The translations under genes were made by a program, and so were the position numbers. Below are positions 1 through 13,343 of a stretch of DNA of 64,000 nucleotides, piece after piece. This DNA is from Owenia fusiformis (Eukaryota), in NCBI GenBank assembly GCA_903813345.2, contig CAIIXF020000001.1, forward strand, positions 46,438,001 through 46,502,000, read 5' to 3'. Position 1 is the first letter of the stretch, and each line of letters opens with the position of its first letter. A model generated the notes under the pieces. That model saw only the letters and a program-made list of their open reading frames with translations. It searched no databases and was not told the DNA's origin.

Positions 1-128
1 TCTGTGAAATGTATTGGGCATAATACTCATTGTACATGTACTGGAATCATTCATTCATTCATAATATAATCATATCCATAAATTCATAAATATCACATTA
101 TAAAAGCAAAAACACCCATTTTCCTCAC

Positions 129-2705
129 CCATAAAAAGAGCTTTCTGGTCCATATTCCTCAACATGTCACCTATCTCCTTGGGGGTGTACCTGAGGGCAA
201 GGCACATAGCTATAATCGCCCCACCACTACTGCCACAGAACCTAGTGATGTTCTGGAGGATACCCACATCTTCAAGCACCTACAATGATTGACCATCTTA
301 GACTAATTGTGATACTATTGTACATGTATATAGAATTATATTCAGTTGACTCTGTAAAGTGGAACATTCCTTTAAGTTGAACAGCTCCAGAAGTGGAACT
401 TCTGTTAGTGGAGCACTTTTCAGAGTTCCAACTGACTTAAATTAAATAGAACACTTTTCAGAGGTAAATACTGTATATTATGAAGGTTTCACTAGTTAAC
501 TTGGGATTAATGTACTAAAGGGATATACGACAAAATAGCAATAGCATTCTGTGCATCAACTTAGAATTTCAAGCATATACTGTTTTATACAAAGCAATAG
601 GTTCATGGCAAATTATGTAAGGATCTCTTTTTAATTTCTCATTATAAAGGGAAAGCAAAATGGTGCAAAAAAGTTACTTTCGTCAAACAAGACATAATGC
701 AATTTTGGGCAAGTTGTGCAATATTTGAAATACTGGTACGAGTATCTCAGAATAAAAAGTCTGTGCAGTTAGTTGCCAAGGTTTCATTAAAAGACTGACT
801 TCAGATAAGGCTCTCTTTTGAAAACTCTAACAAAATGTAACAGGGCATTAACATGCAAAATATCACCACCTGCCATTTGTTACAGACACTATGTCATTTG
901 TTATAGACACTGACCATCAAACTCTGACCACCAACCACCATCCACAAAAAACACTTGAAGACTATGTGGTGGTGACATAAAAACCAGGAAAATGGAAAAA
1001 TTCATATCTAGAGGGTTTTTTCCAATTTTAATTCAGTGTCACACATAAAATGAAATGGTAAAATACTGTGTAGGCAAACAACAATTTTTCAATTTCACAA
1101 TTAATGATTGATAATATCTAAATGGCAACATTTCAAGTGAGGTCTAGAATGGGCCCAGAAGCTATTGACTCTGAATAAGTGTTGATATGATACTACATTT
1201 TTCAATTAATCCTAAGAATATGACAGGCAAATCATAGCCTTGTTTACTCAGGTATTTTCAAAACATTCTGTTATAATAGTAAAAAATCTACGAGGACAGA
1301 TAGCAACTGTCACACTTTCATCATATTTGAATTAGCCAAACTATTTGAGAATGGCTTAAAACTTCAAAGCTTTGCAGCCTAGGGTTGGATCATTAAATTC
1401 AGCTTAAACTTTTTCCCAAGTGCCAAGGTCAGTTTTCTCTCACAGGAAATATAAGGACCAAATATTTTTTCAAGGCTTTTTCTTGTCATCAAAGCCCAAA
1501 TTGTCTTTTCTAACTTACCATATACAGTTCAAACAAGAACTACAGAACGACTAGAGGTAGACAAGGGAATTGATCGGGGAGGTCAGTTATTTCAAAAATA
1601 AAGGCCTAACTTCAATTTCAAAATGAGGCCCATATTAGTCCTATATAGAAAATTATTTCACTAGGCTATCCAATTTCATTGTTAAAAAAAACCAAACTAA
1701 TTGAGAAAAGATTTTAAACTAGTATTGCTCAAAGACTGTATCCACCCCCCCCCCCCACCTTCACTCTCATTATCTGGCAATATATAATATATAGAGAGAA
1801 GGATAAAAGGGGGGGGGGAGTACAGGGTCTTTTAAGCAAGACTAATTTTAAACCTTCTAAACTTTGTACCCATTGAATCATTATATTTGAGGGATATGGA
1901 ATTTATTTCTAACTAACTCAGAAAACTTTAAGCAATGAAATAATTTTCTGCATCAATATTTAATAGTACTGCTGTACCAGGGTATTTTTCCTCTGAAAAA
2001 GTCCAGGCTCCCAAAAGTTTAATTGGCCACCTAAAACATGTTGACATTTATCAATATAAAAGTTTCTTTCTAAAGATAGAATAAAAACATCATGAATGTC
2101 AGATTTAATGAGTTTATTCCATGTCTTATATCTATGTTTTGATATAGCTATTGAATTTTTGTACCCCTATTTTCATAAATATGCATTCTTAATATGGTTC
2201 ACTCATGTTATTCATTGTATTATGGACATTTACAGGGCGTCAAATAAATCTGTTCTCCCCTTAACTTTTTTATCATTGAAAATTGCTATGTAATAAATAT
2301 CTTAACCACAGAGTAATATTTTGATTTGTGTTGGGATCGAATGGGACTCTAACCTATTGCTGGCTCCATGTTGTTCCAGATCCTCTCTAAACAAATTCTT
2401 ACACTGTAAATAACTTTTTTTAATTTAGGAATAACATAGTGTTTTTATATATCACAGATATCTTCAGAGATTTCACTGACACTAATTGTACAAGCTGGTC
2501 AGAAATAATTAAAATGGTATACCTGTAGAGCACCTGGATATGCAGTAGTCTTAACACCACCCCCTTCTAAAACGAGATTCTCAAAGGGAAACTCGTGCGT
2601 TTTCAGTCTCTCTATTGTTCGCTTGATACGGAGAGTGTGTCTTTCTGTGTCTTTGTTATACGCTTCACTCTCCCGTCTTTGTCTATGTGAAATTCGTCTC
2701 GACAT
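129..2705 (-). CDS. Patatin-like phospholipase, first two coding exons (2705-2523, 279-129); gene continues beyond the left edge
   Basis: The exons join in frame through GT/AG sites: FENLVLEGGGVKTTAYPGALQ|VLEDVGILQNITRFCGSSGGAIIA. This gives the patatin glycine-rich loop (GGGxK) and the GxSxG nucleophile motif. Confidence 0.85.
1720..1844. mobile_element. Small foldback MITE (TAGT...ACTA termini), Mutator-like
   Basis: Inverted termini tagtattgct.../...agcaagacta, flanked by the 9-bp direct repeat ATTTTAAAC (1711-1719, 1845-1853). Related copies lie near 9710-9830 and 26885-26978. Confidence 0.7.
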
Positions 2706-5700
2706 CTTAGGTGATTAATCCTCGTTAATTTCTGAATTAATTCTCGTTAATCTCTGAATTTGGAGATTCAATCGTTCAAGCATACAAGTATGACACTCAT
2801 CCGAGAGGCCCAATCACTTTTATTTCTAACTGAAAAAAAGATTTCAGTATTGTCATATAAACTGGTTATTCAGAAAATACATTCTACTTAATACTGAAGT
2901 TTCCTTGGTGACTGGATTATTGCCAATCCAACCAACCCTTATTTAATAATAATAAACCACAAAAGGCCCCAGAGTATATTGACATTCAGGAATGTTCATC
3001 TTACCAGGAATGTTCATCTTAATCTTGTATAAAATAAAACAGAAATTAATATAATGTTAAGGTAGATCAGCACAATGGGAATTTTTACGAAATCTTCAAT
3101 TAAATCAGTAATAACAGTGAATTAATTAATGAAATGGGTGTATTTTTCACATTTTTTAGACATAAGTAATGAAATAAGTACATCATTCAACAGTTACACC
3201 AAAGGGTATATCAAAGTACTTATATTAAACAGACTTGAAAATATATTTTTAACATATATTATTGCAACTTCTTATTTCATATTACAATGTACACATCAAT
3301 AACATGTTAACAAATATATTATTTCAAGTTCTTACCCAATTACACATATAAATAAAATGTTAACATATATATTATTGCAACTACTTAGTACTTACTTAAT
3401 GAGTTTGCGGATTGTCCCATAATCTCAAATCCCATAATACCCCATTATCTCAAATAACTTCCATGTCATGTATGTAAATAAATATATATCAATGTGTACA
3501 TTCATGAAATAAGCCTATATTAGCCACCATTCTACACATGTAATTAGTTATTACATATATTAAGGTTTTGCCTAAAATGTATTTTCAATGTTAAAATAAA
3601 ACATATATAGAACATACAATTACCTGAAGCCTGCTTCAAATTACATGTAATGAAAGTCAACGTTGCTGCAAGCAAAATCCAATCAACCTTTAGTTCTTTC
3701 AAACTGTGAACTGATTCAGATCATATACATGTAATGACCATGTGGTCAGTATGATGAGGCCTGATCTCCCATTCAGTGAGCATCCATAAATCCACATGAA
3801 GTTAACTCCTTTTCATAGACATGCACATGTAAATGTTGACCATGAATTTGAAAATGTTCAATAGATCCTGTTATATGTTGCTATAGTTTGATTCTGAAAC
3901 ATTCACTTAAAGATGCGCATCTATTCCATTCAATTCAATGTTCAATGTAGAAATGCCAAAATAAATATTATAAGACTTTTTATAAACATTTGGGCTACCA
4001 GCCAAACACTCCCTAAGTTAGTAGTTAAGATTGGTATCACTTTTTATATACTTCACTCACTCTAAAATATCATACATGTCAATACAGCTTTTGAAGCAAA
4101 TTATAAAAAAGTGATTTACTGTCAATTGATTGAATGTTCAAGTATCTTTCAATGAAATATAATTGTAGAGGATGTGCAGTTTTACTCAGACTTTAAGAAT
4201 TTAAAAGGGAACTTTATTGCCCAATGACTAGCAGCCATGAATGTTTACTGTATTTTTCTGTGGTTTGGTGTTGACAAAATGCAGTCGGGTCAACAAAAAT
4301 GTTTGAGAATGTAGCCAATATGCACTTTAAACTTCCTCCTTTGACGATTTTCAACAAGCATTAGTTTGGTAGCTCTGATTGCTTTGAGAACAACTGAAGT
4401 GAAAACAATAAAGTCTTAAATATGAATGGCCTTTTTTGTTTGGTATGTATGTCAGAATAAATTACTTTTATTTCAACTTTTTTTTTTACTTTCTGCATTT
4501 TGCTTTCTCCTCCTTGCTAGAGTATATCTTTAATTCATTTTCAAATGATAAATAAAAAATACATGAAAAATTGTATAAGATAAAAAAGAAGTAATAAATG
4601 TTTTTAACTTTTTGAGGTAAACCCTTGAGTCAAAACAAAGATTAATACTAACCTAGTAAACATTCAGTGCATAAAAAAGTCCATATATGGCAACATGTTT
4701 ACACATGTGACATTTCAATTATTTCCGACAAAAGTTAAATAAACAATGAATCAATTCCAACTATTTATCCAGTAAAGATGTAAACATGAAATGTAATCAT
4801 TTTTCAGATCCCTTTTGGACCAGCGTCACAAATATTTAAACTATTCGTGCTATGTTGAAATCGCATGATACCGCCGATGATGAAAAAAATAAATTAAAAA
4901 TAGTAGTATTCTTATCAGGAAAAGACGTCACAAGTCATCTCTTAAGGCAATGTTGTGACACTATCTGCGATTTTAAAGGCCAAAAGCTTAAATATGAGTG
5001 CTGATAACCAATGTCATTGATCTGGATTATCCATACCAAATATGGAAAACTAATTTACATAAGGAATGACATGCCCAGTAAGCTAATATGAAAGTCAGAT
5101 CAGTCAAGATTATCAAACAAATCTTTTGAATTTAAGAAAATGTACCACTGGGGAATAAACATATCATGTTGCATTATGTAGTAAATCTTATGGTTTCATC
5201 CAGCATAGCCCGGCCAAAATTTCTTTCAAATCATGCAGTTTTTCAGCCTGGCCAAAATTTCTTTCAAATCATGCAATTTTTCACCATTTTGAGCACTTTT
5301 CGAGTGATTTGGGCCAAATTGTCAAATTTAAACACCACTGGAGTTTCTGAATTCCTCTTAGCAAGACCTGGCAACAAAAGTACAATGTATGATATGGTTG
5401 TGTTTTACATTCAATCATGTCTACTTATCTTCAATAAACAAACATAATTCAAAGCATACAGTTTTTTTCATATATTCTATATAAAATATGATGTTGCGGG
5501 CAAAATGCAACAATTCCATTGTGCATAATTGTAAGTCTTGCAGCAACCCTCTCTCTGCATCCCCCCACCACCACCCAGCCCCCTTACTGACTGTCTGTTC
5601 TCAAATCACATCCATCAAGAACTTAACATAACAAAAGTTTGAAGATACCTGCACATTTATTTAACTTGTATGTTAATGCCTCATCGAATCTATTTTTCGA

Positions 5701-7141
5701 AAAAAAAAATTGTAAAAAATAAATATTATTTGTTAGATATGATCTAAGATGTGTTCTGATGATTTGTGTTCTAGATGACAGCATGTGCATAACTTACCTC
5801 CTTACAGACCTTGTAGCATATAGAATGACATATGATATATGTGGGGGAGGGTGCACATGCATGCAAGACTACAAACTATAGTTTTGTATATTCAAACAAG
5901 GCATTAACATGCAAAATGTCACCACCTGCCATGTGTTACAGACTCCAACATCAGACTCTGAGTGCCAGGCACCATTATATAAAAGTTGGAAACTATAACA
6001 ATATGTCTCCACTTGTGATATACATGTACTTATATGCTGAGAGATAAATGCTGTTTGTATGAATAGCTAGCTGCCTTTGAAGGTTTCATACTTTTTCATC
6101 TTACATTTAACATCTATATGCATTTTGATACTCATGATATCTCTGTCCTTTCTAACACTGGAAGAGTCTCTGTTTGAAAGTATCACATATTGGTGTATAC
6201 GTATTGCTTGCACTAAAACGAGCGATTCATGATACCATGAAAAACATACAAGGGGCAAACCAGTAGATATAAGGGACCTAACCTTGTTCAGAAAAATACT
6301 CTGGATCTGACTCTCTGAAGAAAAATATGTGTATGTTGGACTAGTAAGACAATTTTTTTCTGACTGTATATATTTTTGGTGCTGAAACTTTTTTGGGCTT
6401 CGATAGGGGATAGAGGTTTTTTCAGTGAAAATATTCTGAAAGCCCTTTTCTGAAAGCCCTTTCAATGTTACGATACCCTCATGCACTACTGATTTTCTCC
6501 TGTATCACTTTACAAGTTTATATATCTGCTACATCAAAAATATATATCAACGAAAAAAACCTTTCCATGATTATTCATTGTTATGCCTGATCCATGATTG
6601 TATAATACATAAATAAAATAAAAATATCACATTGTTGGGAGTCATTTTGTTTTTTCCTGACTGGAGGAACCATGGAAAGACTAAAATGATTCTATTATAA
6701 AACTACACTGAGTTTTCAATCTAATACTTTGGCACTAATATCACTTTTGGTACTTATTGGTACCACAACTAAATAAAATATAAATACTATAATAGTAATG
6801 TAACTTGAAATGAGTCATATAAGCTAAAAAGCAAAAGCAAAAATTGGGATCCTTTCACACCCTAGCACCGGATCTTTACACAGCATATATAAAGGCACAT
6901 TCAATCACTGGTAGTGCTCAGTGAGTCAATATCAACCACCTTTACTTCATGAGAAGTATCTAAACAATTTGAAACTGCTCATATATGCATATTTCAGTTT
7001 TTCTATAAAGTAGCCCTTTTGGTTAATACAGTATTGTCCTTATGGCTTACATTACCATACATGATACGAGGCCTCCAGAATATTTACTGGATTTACTGGG
7101 TAGGGTTACATTCCAGTCAATTCAACATTTCCTCATATTGA

Positions 7142-10100
7142 TTAGTTATCCCTTAATCCCATCTCAGAGACCTTCCTCTGTGCCCAGCTCATGACAACCA
7201 TGCTACATCCATTAGAGAGAAAACTCCTAATTGTGCCAGGACCAAGACCACGATACAAGCCAAAGAAACCACCTCTTTCCCTGATGACTAGTCTCATACG
7301 CTGGAGGGTAGACATCTCTCTGAAAATGGGACAAGTTGACTCAAAATTCTTCAAAATCTTTTTTTTATGATGATGAGACTGAATAATATAAGGGCTTATA
7401 TAAACTGATGATCAAGCATTTTCTGTGTTTGCTATATCCTCTGTACTACATACCTGCTGTACAAATATGCAAAAATCTATAGAGATAAAGAGGGTCAGAT
7501 AAGCTTCAAAGGACTCTAGACATGTTTAACTTGGCCAGTTCTAATAGGTCGTAGAGTTAAGGAAAGCAAGACAGATTCAGTGAACCAGACATTTTTAAGA
7601 GAGCCAGACAGGTTCAATAGGGCCAAATACCAGAAGGGTATAAGAGAGCTCACAGGTTTTAGAATGACAGTTTTAAATATATTCAAAAATTGTATATACA
7701 CAATAAGATTTAGTTTTTAATAAAACTTCAGCTATACTTGTATAACTAATCTTACCCTGAATTCTCATTGGCAAGTCACACTATCTTCTGACTATTACAA
7801 GTGATTGGAATTCTAAGATCTTACTAAACTCAAATGGATCTGTAAGTCTGAATGTGAAATGAATGTGAACTACTATTCCTGTAAGGGGAGGCATCAAAAG
7901 TTTGATGTCGGATAGAAAACTAAATAAATCTAGTTAGGGGGAGGGGGTTCAAACCCATTTCAGTTTGCAAAAAAATTTGACTTGGAATGGTTTAAAAATA
8001 AAGATTTTACCTGATGCTTTCCTCATCAAGATCATTCCAATGGATTCTATTCTATCAATAGTTGCTAAAAGCCGCAAATTGCGATAGGAATTAACAAAAA
8101 CTAGATCGTTTTTTTAGCAATAACTTTTCAATTTCTCAAACTGGAAGTCAGCGATCAACTTTCATGGTATTTAGTTTTGGGGGCAGGGGGGTCAGAGTCA
8201 AAACTAGATTTATTTAGTTTCCGATCCGACATCGAACTTTTGATGACTCCCCTAAATATGTATGCAGAAGATGGTGATTAAGATTAATACACTGCACATA
8301 TATTCTGATTTGATTTAGGGAAGATCAGAAGTTTCTCAATTCAAGAGAGTAGACAAATTAGTCATTCCTCTTGTAAAAAGTATTGATTTATTGATTGAAC
8401 TTACTTGCCATATCCAGTTTGGACCTGTGACTTCATGTACTCTAATGGCCACACCAGCCACCATGCTAAAGTTGCTGCTATTCCAGATGTCAGGAATGGA
8501 CCCAGGAATGGCCTTTGAAAATGTTCAGCAAAATGTCTTCTCCCGGTATCAACTAGTATAAAGTAAGTTGTCATGAGCCCCATGGTCCTGCACCATGTTA
8601 CTCCAAAACCCTGGAATAAAAGTTGGAATGACAGTTGGTGTTTGATGTCTGTAACAATTGTTACACTTTAGTTACCATTTGCAGAGACTTAAAAGGCGGA
8701 CACATTTTGTCCTGTTAATAATGTCTTCTTGTAAAATAAAGTGCCTTTTAAAAAATAAATATGCTGTCGGTAACCCCGGGGGGTTCACTGTATATAAACC
8801 TTGAAGGGGATCCTCGGCACACATGGGGTACCATTTTTGACATTTGGTATGGCAATGGACCCAAATTTTAGGATGTGGTATGAGAATGCCCCCTCATTAT
8901 GACTTTTGAGGGATGGGAACGGTCAGATTTTCAACTTTCTTGTATGAGAATGGTCATGGAAAATATGTTATCTCACAATTATGGTATGGAATTGGTCTAG
9001 TAGATACACATATCCTAATATGAGGTTGTTTTGGTTCGTTTTCCTCAAAGATCGCCTTCTTCCTGGGACCTTCTTCAGTTTAAATAAATAGCTTTTTTTC
9101 CTGGGATATATTCTACTTTGGACCAGTCATGTATTGGTATGGCATTGGTCCTATATTTTGACATTTGGTATGGCATTGGTTTCATATTTGGGCATTTGGT
9201 ATGGCTTTTGGGCACTATATCAGTTGGTATGGGAACACATCCAAATTTGACATATGGGTATGGGAATATATTGATATCCGAGGGTTCAGCCTAGGACCCC
9301 CGCCAAATTTTGTACACAGTGAACCCCCCGGGTCAGTAACATTGACTTTCTTCTAATATAACTCACTTTGACAATATAACATCATAGTAGAAGTGTAAGT
9401 GACTATGAGTTTCATCAGATCTTTACAATTAAGGAAAGTCACTGGATACTCAACTTGGTGGTCATACAAGTGAATTCTAAGATGCACTATAGGCACTGTC
9501 GTTTTAACTCCCTCCAGATTTACTCAATAATTCCATACCGTATAAAGGCTCCTAAACTTCCAGGTTTGGTTGGTTTGTCTGCGTACTTTGGCATATTCCA
9601 AGGGACATTCTATTATAGCCCTGGCTGTAGAACCACAGCAGCCAGCTAGTACAACACGGCTGCATTGAAACAAAAAATAAAATCACTTTGGGTAAACAAT
9701 TTTGGAATTAGTCTCGCAACAAGTCTGTGGACCTCTCATCCCATATCTTAGCTATCCTTTATTTACTTCATGAGGTGTGGAGGTGAGATAAGTAGGAGGA
9801 AGAGATCACACAGAGCTTAATGCAAGACTACTGTATGTGATTTAGTCAATAGAATTTAGAGCACATGGTATTAGGCCCAACTATGTCTATGGATGTAAAA
9901 AAGGTGTAAATTCTGTGGCTTTATTGCATGTTGACAGATTCTTAATAATATCGACACTTACGTTTGGAGTCCAAATGTTCCAGGAATCTCTGATCTCCCA
10001 AACGATGTATCCATCATTGTGTATCTGTAAGAAAAACAAATTTATGCAATTTTTTAATCAAGATCGAAGTAGGATTTTATTTGAAATTCATTATAACTAT

Positions 10101-11949
10101 AAATCTGGAGAATTTCTTCATTTGGTACATGGTTAATCCCAGTTATATTGCAGTTGCATAGTTAGCCAGCAAAGGCCTTGGTGTCAGTGGGTGTCAGTAT
10201 TCAGTTACTAGTTCACCACCAGTTGGCTTAAACTCGAGTCATAAAACATGACAGAGCAAACAGATAATTTCCACTAAAATATTAAATATATTCCATATAA
10301 ATACTAGACTCAGTAGACCAATTGTGATCTAAACAAGGGTTTAATAATATGCATGATAGCATGTGTACCAAATGACGCAAACAGTCACTTGTTACATTGA
10401 AATTGCAAGTGTGGCATCATGTTCATGTTCTAAGTATAGATATAACTATCATACATGTACAGTAATGTGTTCAGTAAGTACAATTTTGACAAACAAAACC
10501 ATAGATGTCAGCAAAATTCTGATTTGTAGTAGAATCAGACGCTCAATAAATATTCCACAAGATGAGACACCTACTCTTGTTCCGGGGCTCTTGTCTGTCC
10601 AAATATCATTGGTATCTCATCTTGTGGAATATTTATTGAGCTTATGGTTCTACTCAAAATTGTATTTTTGCTGACATCTATGAACAAAACATCAGATTTT
10701 TCCCATTTTTATACAGGTATGTACAACTAACAGCCAGACCCCTCACATAAACATTACTGCTACTTACACAGCTTCAAATACGGCAAACTGAGTTGAACGA
10801 AATATTCCAGATCCCCAAAGTGGAGGTATGCAGCCTCTGAAAATAAAACATGATAAGTTTAAAGGCTTTACTTCTAAGTCAGAACAAATCAAGGTCAAAT
10901 GATATATGACATCATCAAAATCTTATAACATGGATTCACTAAATGACCTTTTACAGATTTTTCAATATTTTTGTATCAATTGTGAATGTTTGTCATGTTA
11001 AAGTCGCACCCGGTGATCGGACAAAATAGATGGATGGTCATTTAGGCGATTTCTCTTGAAAAAATAAATTTTGTTGAATTTTCTTGCAGAAATCGTCTAC
11101 TCCCCCTCCATCCATTTTGTCAGATCACTAGATGTGAAAGTGGTTAATTATCTATAATTTACTTACTCAGCTCTTAGAAAAATTGTCTCACCTATACAGG
11201 CCTATAATGCCTTGTGTCCTTAGAGTCTTGCTGAATGCTTTGAACATGCCTGCCTTTTCAAAGCCTGATTGTGCCTGCATCTTTGTCTTGATAGTGTCAA
11301 AAGGATGTCCTACACATACACTGGTTGTCCCATATAACACACCCACTGCAACAGAAACACAAAGGTCTTGGTCAAAATATCAATTTTTCTCCACATTAGA
11401 TTATTGTTTGGGATGCTTGGGGTTGTTTCTTGATGGCCGGTTGTTTTATCAAATGTTCTTTTTCTATTCTTTTGTATCTACCTAATATAATCATTTTCAA
11501 AAGCACATAACTTGAGTAGATGAGGAGATTGATTGACTCTAGCTAAAAGCATAAGCCTTTTGCTATTAACTTGAACATTACATATTTCATCTATGTATAC
11601 TTCGATTTTGCATGTAATTTGAATGCCGTTACAAACTTTACATTTTTTGAAAAACCAGGGGTCTCTGAAAATTCTGAAACTGCATTGGAATGTTGAAAGG
11701 GGTGCTGTAATAATGTTGCCATAGCAACCATAACCCTAGATATTTACAAACTTTTTAAATTTTTGGAACCATGCGCACACCCTAGAATGGCCTAGATGGT
11801 TGGCCTAATCCTCCCATAAAGTAAATTAACAAATGTAGAATGTCAAACTAAAACCTGAATCAACTCCTGTTAGACATTCAATGTCCATTACCTCCTAGAC
11901 CAATCATTCCCTCCTTGACCCAATGGGCCCTTTCTTCATTGTGTGTCAT
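7142..11949 (-). CDS. SLC25-family mitochondrial carrier, 7 coding exons (11949-11892, 11345-11192, 10836-10768, 10024-9962, 9659-9539, 8610-8405, 7319-7142), about 282 aa
   Basis: The exons join in frame (849 nt) with GT-AG boundaries. There are three carrier signature motifs Px[DE]xxK: PFDTIK, PLEYAK and PLEYMK, and a C-terminal GLYRGLGP. Confidence 0.9.
7885..8252. mobile_element. PIF/Harbinger-like MITE
   Basis: TIRs GGGGAGGCATCAAAAGTT.../...AACTTTTGATGACTCCCC with TAA on both flanks. A second copy lies at 13584-13991 in the opposite orientation. Confidence 0.8.
8775..9332. mobile_element. MITE with CCCGGGGGG termini and 8-bp TSD
   Basis: TIRs cccggggggttcactgt.../...acagtgaaccccccggg; flanks tcggtaac and tcagtaac; internal subrepeats of the tttgacatttggtatggca type. 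An end fragment of the same family lies near 56610-56639. Confidence 0.7.
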
Positions 11950-12702
11950 TGCAGACAGCCCCCTCTATCAGCCAATCAAGTAAGCTTGCTCTGCAATAAG
12001 TCTAATTCGGGCCCATGTTGCCAAAATTGTCCAAGTCAACTGAAAAATATAAAATAATGTGTACTAAAGATGTAAGTTTTTGCTGATTTCATAAAATATA
12101 AATTGATAACATATCCATCCATATAGAAGTCATCATAACATAGAGATTAGGGAGGGGAAATGTTTGATACATTGATTTGAGTTATTTCCCAGACGGATGC
12201 ACATACATGTGTATGGACATATGCAATAAATTATACACTCATTAATAAATAATAGTTTTTAAACTTATCAAAATTTGTTGATAATCCCTGAGTTTAAACA
12301 CTAGGATTAATAAGAAAGATAATCCTGTCATCTTGGGCTGCAAATTTTGAAAGTTTTGAGACAGATGTAAACAAATTATTTTATAAACAAACTGATTATC
12401 AATTAATCCCGGATAATATGTCACGTTTGAGTCCCATTTAAGTAGATTATTACTTGAGCATTTATTATTCCCTTAATCGAAACAATTGGATTAATTAGAA
12501 AGATAATACCGTCATTTTGGTAAGCAGCTAAGTCCAGCACTCAAGGCTTATAAGTCAAGTGACATAGCACTACTCAAAGTCAGATTAACTGACTCAAGCG
12601 GCTCAAGATGTTAAATCTGTTGTTGCATTGCTCAAAATGTCAAAATGTCAAATCTTCTCAGTGTTGCATTGCTCAAAATGTCAGAACTGTTGCTTCATTC
12701 TG

Positions 12703-12737
12703 ATTGGTTCTGGGATTTGATAGAGCACCTTATAAAA
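12703..12737 (+). promoter_or_regulatory. Inverted CCAAT box and TATA box upstream of the orphan ORF
   Basis: ATTGG at 12703-12707 and TATAAAA at 12731-12737, about 60 nt before the ATG at 12799. A 22-mer, tgttgcattgctcaaaatgtca, is duplicated at 12621 and 12662. Confidence 0.6.
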
Positions 12738-12798
12738 ATCAACCATCAAAGTATGAACAGTATTCTACATTGAATACTAAGAAAGCACATAATCAGCA

Positions 12799-13107
12799 AT
12801 GGCACCCAGGGCAAACAAAAAGAAAACCACCAAGACTAAAGTAAAGAAAGAGATCACAATTGAACAGCAAGAACACATCAATCGCATCAAGCTCCTGAAA
12901 AAACAACTACGGGATCAACAAAAGAAAAAATTGAAGCTCATCAAATTGATTGCAAGAGCTGAGCATAGACAAAGCAATCCACAATACATAGCTAAGATCA
13001 AAGAGGAGCTTGACAATGTGGCTGTAATGGAGATGAGGGAGCAACTACAGGCTGCCATATCCATCATAGACATGAACGCCACAGAGCCTGATATGAGGAG
13101 ATGTTGA
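12799..13107 (+). CDS. Intronless 102-aa orphan protein with a Lys-rich N-terminus and a coiled-coil-like body; histone-type 3' end
   Basis: Clean ATG-TGA ORF with a good start context (gcaATGG), bracketed by promoter boxes and a histone stem-loop. I recognise no known domain. Confidence 0.65.
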   Translation: MAPRANKKKTTKTKVKKEITIEQQEHINRIKLLKKQLRDQQKKKLKLIKLIARAEHRQSNPQYIAKIKEELDNVAVMEMREQLQAAISIIDMNATEPDMRRC

Positions 13108-13131
13108 GAAGCAGAGTCTACAGTTCGCAAA

Positions 13132-13172
13132 CCAAAGGTCCTTTTCAGGACCAGCCATAATTAAAAAAGAGA
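13132..13172 (+). terminator. Replication-dependent histone mRNA 3' stem-loop and purine-rich downstream element
   Basis: CCAAA-GGTCCT-TTTC-AGGACC-AGCCA (6-bp stem, 4-nt loop, 13137-13152), followed about 10 nt later by AAAAAAGAGA. Confidence 0.9.
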
Positions 13173-13343
13173 AATTTAAATAATGAATTCTTCTTAGACC
13201 CAGATGAACTAGAAAAAAGATAAATTATGTAATGTTTCAAAGGATTCGTGAACATCAATTGCTACATGTACATCATTTTTATAAAATATGCTCATAGTTT
13301 GATGTAACTAATTGCAAATATCAAAGCACATGTGCCAGGGTAT

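Noticed and set aside
6067..6486. 139-aa ORF on the minus strand
   Set aside because: No recognisable domain; it lies in the probable SLC25 3' UTR region.
12799..13107. Canonical histone (H1, H2A, H2B, H3 or H4)
   Set aside because: No recognisable histone-fold or winged-helix sequence motifs, despite the histone-type 3' end.
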